Positions 1-11,171 of a stretch of DNA of 64,000 bases are shown in pieces. The position numbers and the translations under genes were made by a program. Within the stretch, counting starts at the first letter, position 1. Each line of letters opens with the position of its first letter. The notes below the pieces were generated by a model. It ran no database searches. It was given only the letters and a program-made list of their open reading frames with translations, and had not been told where the DNA came from. This DNA is from Octopus sinensis (Eukaryota): contig NC_042998.1 of the NCBI RefSeq assembly GCF_006345805.1, positions 65,224,001-65,288,000 on the forward strand. Direction: 5' to 3'.

Positions 1-60
<60 letters not shown>
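1..60. repeat. (TA)n microsatellite
   Basis: Pure TA dinucleotide run. Confidence 0.98.
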
Positions 61-62
<2 letters not shown>

Positions 63-159
63 TCTACAGTTCTATATTTAAGAGATGAGGAATTATGTAC
101 ATTATTTACATTATTTGCATTTGACGGATATTTGTACTCATCTTGTTTGTTGTGAACAG
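61..159 (-). mobile_element. Inverted copy of the 3' tail of the adjacent SINE/Penelope-type module
   Basis: 107-150 (tacattatttgcatttgacggatatttgtactcatcttgtttgt) is the reverse complement of 365-408; 61-100 is the reverse complement of the tail end at 39290-39322 (cataattcctcatctctaaatatagaag). Confidence 0.85.
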
Positions 160-161
160 AC

Positions 162-408
162 GAGCATATGGCGTAGTGGCTAAGCGCGCGGGCTACTAAC
201 TCCAGGGATTCCGAGTTCGATTCCAGGTAGTGACATCAATATTTATAACATTAATAATAATAATAACATCGAGGAACAATTTTGGAATGAGAACCCATGC
301 TCGAATCTTCCCCAAGTCATCTGATGAAGGCTGGAAAGTTTATCTGCCGAAACGATATGTTAAAACAAACAAGATGGGGACACATATCCGTCAAATATAA
401 ATAATGTA
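162..408 (+). mobile_element. tRNA-headed SINE with hammerhead-like Penelope-type tail
   Basis: A-box TGGCGTAGTGG 169-179, B-box GAGTTCGATTCC 213-224, short AAT run, then CTGATGAA-GGC...GCC-GAAAC at 321-353 and a tail shared with 39200-39322. Confidence 0.8.
311..362 (+). ncRNA. Degenerate minimal type I hammerhead-ribozyme-like motif
   Basis: CUGAUGA+A 321-328, stem II GGCUG/CUGCC (one mismatch), GAAAC 349-353; the cleavage triplet position reads GAU (degenerate). Confidence 0.5.
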
Positions 409-409
409 T

Positions 410-642
410 ATTTCTTTTACATCTTTTATGTGTTTCAGTTATTTTACTGCGGCCATGCTGGGGTACCGAATTTAGTGGAAGAGACAAACCCAATGATTTA
501 TTTCTGACATCCCAGTTCTTCTTCTACCGGTCTCTTTTACTCAGGCAGCTAATTTACAGGGATGTAAACATAGAGTGTTACGCAGTGGGACTGAACACAG
601 AAAGATCTGTTTCGGAAGCAAGCTTCTTATCGCACAGCCACT
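410..642 (-). mobile_element. tRNA-derived SINE (gtggctgtg head; cagcatggccgcag...tgaaac tail family)
   Basis: Reverse complement matches the heads and tails of the copies at 39791-39972 and 46211-46652. Confidence 0.75.
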
Positions 643-1189
643 TGTATATTTCTATTTATATCTCTTTACACCTACTTATATATCAATCTATCGATATATG
701 AAACGGATATATGCATCAGAATGGTGGATGCTTTTAGACACTCGACAAGTATTTCTCAGCCTGAACAAATGTTTTACTTATACTCACTAATTGCTTGTAT
801 TTTTATTAAATCAATTTGATATTGGCTGTGCTGGTGCACAGTGTTCCAAACCTCATGTATTGAAATGATCGTATAGCGGCGTGATATGAACTGCTTTGCC
901 GAAGAACAAATCGCAACGCCAAATCCATTACGATCGTCATAGAAATACACCCTAAATGGTAGTCTATACTTCTGCCACAAATAGTAACAGGCTGCATGTT
1001 TTTGAACAGATAATACATGTCTTCCATGTTGTAATTTTTCCATTTTATAACACAGCTGCAGTTAGTTTTCTTACCTAATACGTATGGAAGAGATCTCTCA
1101 TACTCCAAAGTAAACACCGAAGTCTCTGCAACAAAAGCGAGAAGTTAATTTGCGGGAGAAGTTCATCACAGTGCTCCATAATGACGGTA

Positions 1190-1276
1190 ATGATAATGAT
1201 GATGATGATGACGATGATGATGATAATAATAATAATAGTAGTAGTAGTAGGAATAGTAGTACTAGTAGTAGTAGTA

Positions 1277-1327
<51 letters not shown>

Positions 1328-1380
1328 TAATAATAATGATGACGGTGGCGATGATGATGATGATGATGATGATGATGATA
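1190..1380. repeat. Compound (GAT)/(AAT)/(AGT) trinucleotide microsatellite
   Basis: Visible trinucleotide runs; source of the poly-I/L/N/S ORFs. Confidence 0.95.
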
Positions 1381-2245
1381 GCAATGAATAAGTATATATC
1401 TAGTACAGAGAAATAGATGCTGCAGCTTGTGTGCAATCACAGAAGAATTGAAAAATCACATTCCATTGTCAGTGAAGCTTGCAAATTCGCAAGGGAACTT
1501 GGCATCAACAATGAATTAGATGAAAAACCTGAAACCCCTACCACTGAAATAGCAAAAAAGGTGAAACAGACTTCAAAATTCAACGGGCAGTGACAAGTTA
1601 AGTCGCGCTGGGTCCCGAGGTCTCTGCATGGAGAGTATATACTTCGAATTTGAAATGCTGATGTAGACGGAAAAACTATCCATCAGTGGCTGAGAAGCTT
1701 AGGAGAGAAAGTAGAGATTGACAATTCCATACAAGCAAGCAAAGATCAAATCTTGCTCACGAAAAAACCTACAGGTTAAAGCTACCGACTGAACGATCCA
1801 GGCTAACGACAGAGAAGAAAATATTTGTAAATGTAAGTGTTCCCAATGATAAAGATATATCTGTAAAGGAATTTGACAAATTAATTTGACATATGGACCT
1901 GGAAATTGGAGTAAAAGATATGTAGCATCTTAAAGCATGAATTGCTCCTGTTGTGGATGCCCTAGGTATAAGAAAGGAATGTCAGAAAGATCTAGATAAT
2001 ATACCAGGAGAACCATGTCACAGAAAAATCCAAAAGATGGTGCTGACAAATACTGCCAACATCCTTAGGAAAATCCTACCTATTTAAATGTATCGTGTGT
2101 TACATGAAGATATTTCACTACTGCTCCTGCCAATTCCCCTCCCCAAGCTTTCAGTCACACTTTAACATCTTTTATTCTTCACTTTCTGTAGAACAATGGG
2201 TGTCTCGGTGAGTGAGCATAACAAACGTGCATATTAAAAATAAAT
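1381..2245 (+). mobile_element. 5'-truncated, internally deleted Dong/R4-type LINE fragment (same family as 59742-63803)
   Basis: Colinear nucleotide similarity with about 62660-63060 and 63380-63800, including the endonuclease C-terminus and 3' UTR (ccccaagctttcag); the zinc-knuckle segment is missing. Confidence 0.85.
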
Positions 2246-2287
2246 AGTAGTAATAGTAATAGCAGTAGTAGTAGTAGTAGTAGTAGT

Positions 2288-2352
<65 letters not shown>

Positions 2353-2365
2353 AAGTAGTAGTAAC
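2246..2365. repeat. (TAG)n/(CAG)n microsatellite
   Basis: Visible runs at the 3' end of the LINE fragment. Confidence 0.95.
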
Positions 2366-2467
2366 TAAAAAAAATCAAGAATATTTAAAAAATGAAAATT
2401 TAATAATAATCTAACTTTAAATAAAAAGGAAAGAACATTTCAAAAAGTACACCGAATTGATTGTTTA

Positions 2468-2716
2468 ATGGTTATTCTGGAAGTGCGCCTCGCAGGAGGC
2501 TGTCAGCCTGACGGAGAAACACTTTCAAATGGCAGATTATCTTCCCCGTATATGGACCCGGAAGGTCACTTAAACGGGATTTGTCCGAAATTAAGCCTCC
2601 AAGGTCCACCACCACAACGATCACAAAAGCAAAAATGTAAAAGAACTAAATGGAACCGGGAAGAATATAAAGGAGTAATATACGCTTATTACTTTGCATT
2701 AAGTAGGCCAACCAAA
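2468..2716 (+). mobile_element. N-terminal (Myb-like) fragment of a Dong/R4-type LINE ORF
   Basis: KCKRTKWNREEYKGVIYAYYFALSRP aligns with KAKRIKWTREDYRDVLKDFYTAQLNP (59742 ORF) and PKRHKWTREQYIPILQAYFTAVLYP (38033-38416 ORF). Confidence 0.75.
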
Positions 2717-2735
2717 AATAATAATAATAATAATA

Positions 2736-2807
<72 letters not shown>

Positions 2808-3586
2808 GGGTTTATCATAGCAGCTCAAGATAAAAGCCTACCAACAAGAAACTACTGACCAACACATTAAAGAACGGCAGTAGCCCAACATGTTGTGTAT
2901 GTCAACAACAAAATGAAACCATTCATCATGCTGTCTCCAAGTGCAGTCTTCTAGCGCCTACAGAGTATCTCAACAGGCATGATAGAGCTGCATAATATAT
3001 TCACTGCGTAATTTGCAAAAACCTGGATTTGCCCCATGAAAAAAAACTGGTGTGAACACAAAACACCTCCAGTGCTTGAAAATGACCAAATAGGTCAGAC
3101 GTCATATTGAAAGACTTCAGACAAAGAACATGCCTCCTCATTGATATGACTGTCCCAATCGATATAAACATATCTGTCAAGACCTACCAAAAACTGAGCA
3201 AATATAAATATCTTGCAGTAGAAATCAGTAAAATGCGGAAGCTGAAGACTAAAACAATACCTGTTGTCATAGGTGCCCTGGGAATGATAGCAAAAGGGGC
3301 TGATTGCTACCTAACTCAGATACCGGGAAACCCCAATATGGCAGAAATTCAAAAGATAGTGCTGAAGGGAACTGCTCATATCCTATGCAAAATACTTTCT
3401 ATGTAATCTCAAGGTTTAAAAGAAACATAATTTTCGGTTTTTTTAGACATTCACTAGTACAACACCAAAAAATATATGGCACACTAGGCATAACAACAAC
3501 ATAAACTTCCAGCCTGTTGTCTCTTGAGGTCTCTCGGTGAGACTTGGAGCCAACTTGTACAAATATAAATCAAAAGTCAAACATAG
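2808..3586 (+). mobile_element. 3' fragment of a Dong/R4-type LINE (CCHC knuckle + restriction-like endonuclease + 3' UTR), flanked by (AAT)n
   Basis: GFIIAAQDKSLPTRNY, C-x2-C...H...C knuckle, RHDR, and LIDMTVPIDINISVKTYQKLSKYKYLAVEISKMRKLKTKTIPVVIGALG (ORF 3107-3406). Confidence 0.9.
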
Positions 3587-3644
3587 AATAATAATAATAA
3601 CAATAATAATAATAATAATAATAAAAATTATAATAATAATAATA

Positions 3645-3685
<41 letters not shown>

Positions 3686-4034
3686 GAAGGACTACTACAA
3701 CCAAGTAGAACAACTGAAAAATGACTAAAAAAACTAGAATATCTACAGTTTCTTGTGAGTATTTAAAATTTCCTTCGAAACAAGTTGATAATCTTGCATA
3801 TCTACAATTTACTCTGGCCGAACACACAAAGGATCTTGTTCAAGAACTTTGAAACATAAATACCTACAACTTTCTGTGAAAGCCTGTCCTTTCCTGTGTA
3901 TTCGAAATACTAACATCATTTTCGACCTGACTAATCGAATATGTAAACGTAGCAATAATATTAAACGGTCGATAAAAAATACCTTTTATTCCAACAACAC
4001 TATTAAACACACAAGAAAAATTAGATATATTTAT

Positions 4035-4350
4035 GAAGGCGCGTGGCTTAGTGTTTAGGGCATTCGGCTCACGATTGTAAGGTCGTGCGTTCGATTCCCG
4101 GCGGCGCGTTGTGTCCTTGAGCAAGACACTTTATTTCACGTTGCTCCAGTCCACGCACCTGGAAAAAATTAGTTGTACCTGTATTTCAAAGAGCCGGCCT
4201 TGTCACATTTTGTGTCACGCAGAATTCCGCTGAGAACTACGTTAGGGGTACGCGTGTCTGTGGATTGCTCAGTCACTTGCACGTTAATTTCATGAGCAGG
4301 CTGTTCCATTGATCGTATCAGCTGGGACCCTCGTCACCAACGGAGTGCTC
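4035..4350 (+). mobile_element. tRNA-derived SINE
   Basis: A-box-like TGGCTTAGTG, B-box GTTCGATTCC, body gtgtccttgagcaagacac; 3' half shared with 24924-25303 and 47847-48152. Confidence 0.85.
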
Positions 4351-4357
4351 CTTTTAT

Positions 4358-4436
<79 letters not shown>

Positions 4437-4630
4437 CAAAATAAGAAAATGGAGGAATAGATTCGTTACAATCATCAACTTAGAGATAATACCAATTCAT
4501 ATAATTTATTAACTAACTAAATAGGAACATCGAAATCCGTATTAGCCTCTTGGGTACTTCACTGGCAGTATATTGGATAAATGATATCCCATAGTGGGTT
4601 ACACTCATAACCCCTATCTCACTTTGTACT

Positions 4631-4661
<31 letters not shown>

Positions 4662-5358
4662 TCGTTTTATTGTTAATTTGCAATTTGTTAATTTGTTAAA
4701 TTGTTAACTTGCAAATATTATACTAATGTATTTTCATGCAGAACGACACTATCAAAAAATTCCCTGAAAAAATTAGTGTTTGGAAATGGTATATTCTACA
4801 TATAACTCAAAGAGGAGAAAAAGGAATAAAGGAAGGGAAAAGGAAAGAAGGGAAAGGGGGGAAATAAAGAAAGCAAAATGATTTTCAGTGATAACTAAAC
4901 CACACCTGTTTCATATTTTTATTTATATTCTGATTTAATCTTTGAAGAGATTTCCATCATTAAACCCATTCCAATAAAATGGCATAGGACTAAGTAAATA
5001 AATAAATAAATGAACGAATGTTGAATAGGAAGGTGGATGCCCATTCTCTCTCTATTGCCCTCTACCAATCTCTGTATCTGTCTTACTATTTATCTATTTA
5101 TCTATCTTTCTATATATCAGCCAACCTACCAAACTCTATTTCTATTTATCCATCTCCATTGTTTTGGAACCTGTCTCACGAAAGCAAAACAAAAAAACAA
5201 TGTTCTCTTCCGAACACCACCCCACCAAACAAGTCTGTTTTATATTAATGAACATGCTGTTTGTACATTCACAAAAATTTTATTTGACAAGTTCTAGAAA
5301 GCAACGAAAACGCTAATAATAATAAGAAATAAAAGACATTTTTTTTCCAAAATTATAT

Positions 5359-5364
<6 letters not shown>

Positions 5365-5400
<36 letters not shown>

Positions 5401-5402
5401 AT

Positions 5403-5440
<38 letters not shown>

Positions 5441-5484
5441 ATAGATGGATAGATAGACAGACAGATAGATAGATAGATAGATAG

Positions 5485-5562
<78 letters not shown>

Positions 5563-5590
5563 TAGATAGATAGATAGATTGATAGATAGA
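5365..5590. repeat. Compound (TA)n-(GA)n-(GATA)n microsatellite
   Basis: Visible runs. Confidence 0.95.
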
Positions 5591-5599
5591 TGCTCTCTC

Positions 5600-6270
5600 T
5601 GCCCTTCTCTATACATCAGGCAAACGGGACGCCGCTTAGCTGACCGTTTCGTGCAGCACCTCCGAGAATACGACTCGAATTGACACCCCGGTCTCACGCC
5701 ATTCCGCTCTATCGGTCACTCTTTGCAACACCTGTGTGTGCTCGGATTGTCCTTGCACAGGGGCCTAATCCTAACCCGCGACCCACTCTCTCCTTCGCCA
5801 ACTCCCAACACCATCACAGCACACTACACACCACTACACCATACAACAACATATCACACAACTCCACATCACACCTTCAAGCACACATTAGCACTCACCT
5901 TTTCTGAGTCCTACATCCTTACACATACACACACACGCACGTCAAACTTACCAGCCCTCTTCCTCACGCACATACATACTCTCTTATAAACATGCACCTT
6001 CGTTTTTGGAATCTCCACTAATTATTATCTCCACTTCTTCCTTGCTCTCCTGTGTGATCCTTCTGTCCGGCTTTCGCCATGATAGATCGCTAGCCATTAC
6101 ACATTCTTTATTCTCCTCCTTGTTTCTTTCTGTGTTCCTGTCTGTAGAAGAGCTTAGGCTCGAAACGTTAAGGAATTTTTCCCTTCCCGAGTGTTAAACT
6201 AATACATCTGTTTGTTGTGTACACCACCTGTCTTCGACGTTTGTTGTTTTTTTGTGTGAATTCTCCCTAT
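5600..6270 (+). mobile_element. Penelope-like element 3' remnant (GIY-YIG endonuclease C-terminal part + 3' tail)
   Basis: Frame from 5600 reads CPSLYIRQTGRRLADRFVQHLRE...GHSLQHLCVLGLSLHRG (Y-I-G-x-T-x-R...R...H pattern of PLE GIY-YIG domains), with stops; tail shared with 45505-45660 and 41385-41445. Confidence 0.8.
6135..6175 (+). ncRNA. Minimal hammerhead-like motif with variant core
   Basis: Stem I UUCCU(G)U/AAGGAA, core CUGUAGAA, stem II GAGC-UUAG-GCUC, GAAAC-GUU loopless stem III. Confidence 0.45.
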
Positions 6271-6716
6271 GCATATATGTATATATAAGTATGTGTGTAT
6301 ATGTAAAAAGTGTATTTATATAACAAGCCTTCAATTTATTTGGTAGTATATTATGGTTGTAAAATAGAAAACGATATCCTCGTCAGCAATTTATGTGTGG
6401 AGCTTTTTATGCTCGTTTACTTCCATCAAATACGATTTTTCTGCTTATTGTTTCGGGTTTCCAACTCCTATATATTTCCGTTATGTGTTTACCTTAGAAA
6501 ATCCGTGAGTGGCGGTCACAATATCAGTGCATAACGCTTTGCAGTTCCAAGGGATATAATGCATTACCTATATGTGCTCATCAACATTAGTGTTAATGCT
6601 CATAAATTATAGGCAGTGACAAGAATAAACGGAAGCTTATCAATATTTAAGGAAAAGATAGAGCTAAAATCCATGAATAAAAGTTGATTTGTGCCAATTA
6701 TCATGTATTCATTTTT

Positions 6717-6777
<61 letters not shown>

Positions 6778-6792
6778 GAGAGAGAGAGAGAG

Positions 6793-7456
6793 AGAAAATA
6801 GAAAAGAATGAAAAAACTACAGAAGGCTTGTTTTATAAGGTTAAAGAATATATTTAAGTCGTTATGTTAGAAGAATGTTATAAATGTTTTTCATATAGTA
6901 ACATAGTTTTTGAAGAAATTACCGGTTTCGTGTTAACTTTTCAAATTTCTCAAATTTCTTTACCTACAGAATACAGAATGATACCATTTAGTGAGCATAT
7001 TGAGAAATGCGCAAAGCAACTACTACCACAATTTTTAATCTTTCCATTCTAACAATGTGCCATTGGAACGCCAACACAAATTACATTAAACAAGGGGACA
7101 TTCTTCATTGAAAAATATAAGCCTGAACTTAACCATTCTAACATTCTTATACTGAGAAACTCATCCCATTAATTAAGGGGAAACATATAAAGCGATTATC
7201 TCCCTTATACCGGAAGAAATCGCTTATTACCTCCCCCTGCCTGGAACTCTTCTTTGCACTGCATAACGAAAACATGACACGATGTAGGTAAAGACATTTG
7301 AGAGATTTGAAAAGTTAATATGAAACCGGTAATTTCTTCAAAAACTGTGCTACTATATGAAAAAATGTTATAACATTCTTCTAACATAACGACTTAAATA
7401 GAATTTTTAATCTTATAAAACAAGCCTTGTGTAGTTTTTTCACTCTTCTATTTTCT
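6793..7456 (+). mobile_element. Penelope-like 3' remnant with an inverted ~175-bp copy of its 3' end at the 5' side
   Basis: Arms 6793-6968 and 7283-7456 are reverse complements (roughly 85-90% identical); between them EYRMIPFSEHIEKCAK...FLIFPF*QC...FFIEKYKPELN resembles a GIY-YIG C-terminus. Confidence 0.75.
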
Positions 7457-7495
7457 ATATATCCAACCACCTGCTTTCACGCACCAACTTTCTCA

Positions 7496-7541
<46 letters not shown>

Positions 7542-8039
7542 AATGTCGACATAAACACATTACTCATTGCAATTTCGACCTCGTTTGGTTTTCGCGTTTC
7601 ATTTCTTTATGTATACAATTTTAAAGTATTACATATAAAGCAAATACTCTCATGCTTTATGCAATCTTCTGGTTTATATAACAGCTATTTTTACCGACAT
7701 ATGTACATCACAATTGATGTCTGAATGTCTCCTTCAAAAACCTTCCGATAGGCTGCTGCTAACTGAATCTTACAAGCAGTATTTTGACCATCACGTCCAA
7801 ATTATATCACGGCTGATAAACGGGCAAACATTGTTGACATTGTGAGCACATTTTCGTAGTAATCTTTTAATCAATCAGAGTCATCTGTAAATGATTTGGC
7901 TACATTCAGATATTTGGAAACACCTGATACTTGAAAGAAATATTCCATTTACAATTCATGCTAAAATTCCAACTGCTATTTTTAGTAAAATGACATGCAA
8001 TTTGAATCAGCACTGATATTATCATTATTACTAACGCAG

Positions 8040-8420
8040 ATGCTTTTACATGCCGGAGGAAATTTTAGCGGTATTTCATTCGAATTTACGTTCCTAGGGC
8101 AAATTTCGCCGAGATCGAATTCGATTTTCATCGTTTTGTCGTGGATGAAATAAATGTCAAGACTGGGGTTGATATAAGCTTGATTGCCTTGTGTCAGATT
8201 TTAGAAACCATACTGGTACTACAAAAGCGGCATGCATGCAGAATGATTAGTACACTGGGCTGCTTTCGTCCGTCTTAATGTTCTGAGTTCAAATTCAGCT
8301 GAGGTCAAATTTGCTTTTCATTTTCTCGGGGATTGATAAAATAAGTAACTGCTTAAATCTGCGGTAGATGTAATCGACTAGACTCCTCCCTAAAATTTCC
8401 CGTCCATGCCTATTTGAGAA
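8040..8420 (+). mobile_element. Two tandem degenerate SINE copies (ttctgagttcaaattc...gtcgactttgcctttcat family)
   Basis: Similar to the reverse-strand copies at 28698-28897 and 40722-40952. Confidence 0.6.
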
Positions 8421-8543
8421 AGGGATATATTATAGAATTACTATATTATTAAAGAATTATTATAGAATTACTATTACTACTATTACCATGACTGATTATT
8501 ATTACCAAAACTAATACCATCGATAGTATAAACATCAGCGATA

Positions 8544-8649
<106 letters not shown>

Positions 8650-8669
8650 CATTATTATTATTATCATTA

Positions 8670-10048
8670 GCATTTTCTTTTAATTGAAAATATTAGTGTC
8701 TTCATATTCTTATACCTTTCTGCCATTTGGACACTATGGCCATTTGGTACAGCTGCATCTGTAACAATTGCATTGTACAATTACCATTGTAGAGAAGAAA
8801 ACACTTAAAATTCTGTTAGAAGAATCAACGAACGGCCTCCATTCATCTGCTTCGTATGGCATTCCAATATGTCGAATAACGCCAGAAATATCTGAACAGA
8901 AAAACTAAAGAATCCTGTTTCTTAAAGAACTCAGTGAAATCCACTTCACGATATCGGAAGCAAGTGAATGTTTTTTCCAGAAGCTAGGAGACTGTGTTAC
9001 TTCAGTCTAGAGCTAAGTAACTGTACTCTTTCTTTTAAAAGTTTAAGGTCTCTCTCCAAGTCAGTGAGATCAATATCGTTGAAAAATATGGGATCCTCAT
9101 TTGTTGGTGGTTCAGCATCTATTACCATTTTATTAGCATTATTAATATCAGCCTTTGGTGAAATTTTCCATGTTTCTGGTGACAGAGAAACAGGAATGTC
9201 ATCTGAATGTGGAACCGACCTTATTGCTAACGAAATACCCAGCTTGTTTAGTCATGCGGAAGTAGTAGTGATCTTGTGGATTTATCAGCTCTCGTCATAC
9301 CATTAGTACTCCAAATTAGCATACGATTCAGATATCACTGTGAACTGATTTGGAGTTTACTAATGCAACTCTTGCAAGCTTTGTGAGTGTTAAGTCGCTT
9401 GTTCTGGTTTCCCACTTTGTTGCCAAAATAGGGTAAATAGTAGCGCTTCCACAAAGGAGTAATATTTCTCCGGGAATCTGATAGGGAGAGTCGCATGCAA
9501 ACATAGCAAAACATGTCTGGTGAATTACTGCAACCTCTGGACATATACAAAATCTGAAAAGAAAGAAAATTTTATTAGATTTAATATTTAAGCTAATATA
9601 GGATAGCCTTTTTTATTGGTAATATATGTTATCACTGACTTATGTAATACAAAAAGAGAAAACGGAGGTTTCTGTATAACTTGAGAACCAGATGGGAAAG
9701 AAATGAATAAAAACACCATGTATCACTAGTTTTCATATATATTTCGAAAAAGAGTCAATAACAACAACAAAAAAAAACAACAAAATTATGCAGAAACAGA
9801 ACTGTCGGTAAATATTCAACTATTGAAACGGGAAGATTGCGGAAAATAAGAAAATACTTGTACTATGATAATATGTATCATCATATCTATAAAAGGGAAG
9901 ATGTGTGTGCGCGCGCGTGTGTGTGTGTATGTGATTGTAATTTATGCAAGTCCACAAATTAGCACGCATGTTCCTCAAATTTTAGGAGGACATTTGTCAA
10001 CATCCTATCTGGGTTTTGTCAACATAATTTTTTCCCGAGGCACCCGTG
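8670..10048 (-). mobile_element. Chapaev3 (CMC)-like DNA transposon 5' half with decayed transposase
   Basis: Minus-strand frames give CSNSPDMFCYVC, MV*RE...DHYYF, VPHSDDIP, DLERDLKLLKERVQLLSSRLK, EWRPFVDSSNRIL...LLYNGN, HSVQMAERYKNMK. Acceptor-like ttttctttcttttcag just upstream of the start; CACGGGTG terminus at 10048. The superfamily name is from recall of the motif set. Confidence 0.75.
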
Positions 10049-10789
10049 GATAGGGTAAAAATCTATTTTCAAACATTTTCAACCATAGGTTTTAACCATA
10101 ACAATTATCAACCCTTGCTTTTTAATGACGTCTAACAAAAATTAAGATAAAGAAAAGTGGAAGAAGGAGGAAGAGAGTTTCACGGGAAAGACAAAGTGAG
10201 AGAGGGAGAGAAAGATAGTAAGTGACGACGTTCATGAACAATAAAATGTAAAATGTTTTTTTTTGTTTGTTTTTGAAAGGCACACTATATTTTGTAATGA
10301 TAGTATGTATACTTTCTCACACAACAATTACAATTTATTTATTTTAAATCATTTATTTATTTTAAATCATTCATCTTTCTTCCCCTCTCTCTCTCTCTCA
10401 CACATTACTTTGGGTGCGAAAGAGTTTTGTTTTTATTTTACGCCGAGTAAAAAAGTGTTTTGTTGACAATCCATTTATTTAACAACAACAAAAACGAAGA
10501 GGTGAGTAATAGTTTATCAGTGAATGGCTAGAATTTGCGAGGCTTCCACCACACCCCAGACCAGAGTAGTTAATTCCACGCAAAAGAAGGATTTTTTCTT
10601 AATGAAAATTGTGCGAGTGTTAATCTACAAATTTAGCGTTTTTTCCATTTACTTCTGTTTATGAACATGTATGCGTGCACAAAACATGCAATAGCTGTAC
10701 GTACGTTCGTGTGTATATGTGTGTTCGTGTCTCTTGGCTATATATATTTATATTATATTATATATATATATAATATATATAATATATAA

Positions 10790-10917
10790 TATAACTAATT
10801 TCAACGGATTTCGCCCAAATTTGACGTCTATATTACTTAGTTTGGTTTGAAATAAAGAACTTGATTAGCTTAATAACTGTAACTTAATCCCGGGCAAGGC
10901 CGGGTTATACTGCTCGT
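10790..10917 (+). mobile_element. Degenerate non-autonomous Helitron 3' end
   Basis: Hairpin CCCGG-GCAAGG-CCGGG then TTATACTGCTCGT (cf. CTAGT); tcaacggatttc...aaatttgac matches the 46735-47114 element. Confidence 0.55.
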
Positions 10918-11123
10918 ACAATATAAACTTGTACGTATGCAAAATAAATGTGAAAATCAAATAAGTTCGAATATCTTCAACTAATACTTTATCATATGTG
11001 TGTGTTAGTACAACTCTATGCATGTATGCATGTATATATACATATATATGTAGATAGATACATATACATATACATATATAATACATATATAATAACTAGA
11101 TACGTTACACACGCTTACCCCCT

Positions 11124-11171
<48 letters not shown>

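Noticed and set aside
162-235. tRNA gene (also at 4035, 24924, 46211)
   Set aside because: A/B boxes are present but no full cloverleaf could be built, and each runs into a repeated SINE body.
770-1160. Possible transposase remnant (SRFCCRDFGVYFGV...RDLFHTY like a piggyBac Cys-rich tail, or IKL.LIK like Chapaev PLHIKLGL)
   Set aside because: The two weak readings are mutually exclusive, need frameshifts, and no termini were found.
1075-1440. Long low-complexity ORFs (poly-I/L/N/Y/H, YIYI, THTH) here and throughout the track
   Set aside because: They are translations of stop-free microsatellite frames, not genes.
8968-9306. Plus-strand 112-aa ORF (likewise 15870-16148, 37284-37814, 60818-61258)
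   Set aside because: Antisense shadows of transposon coding sequence on the other strand.
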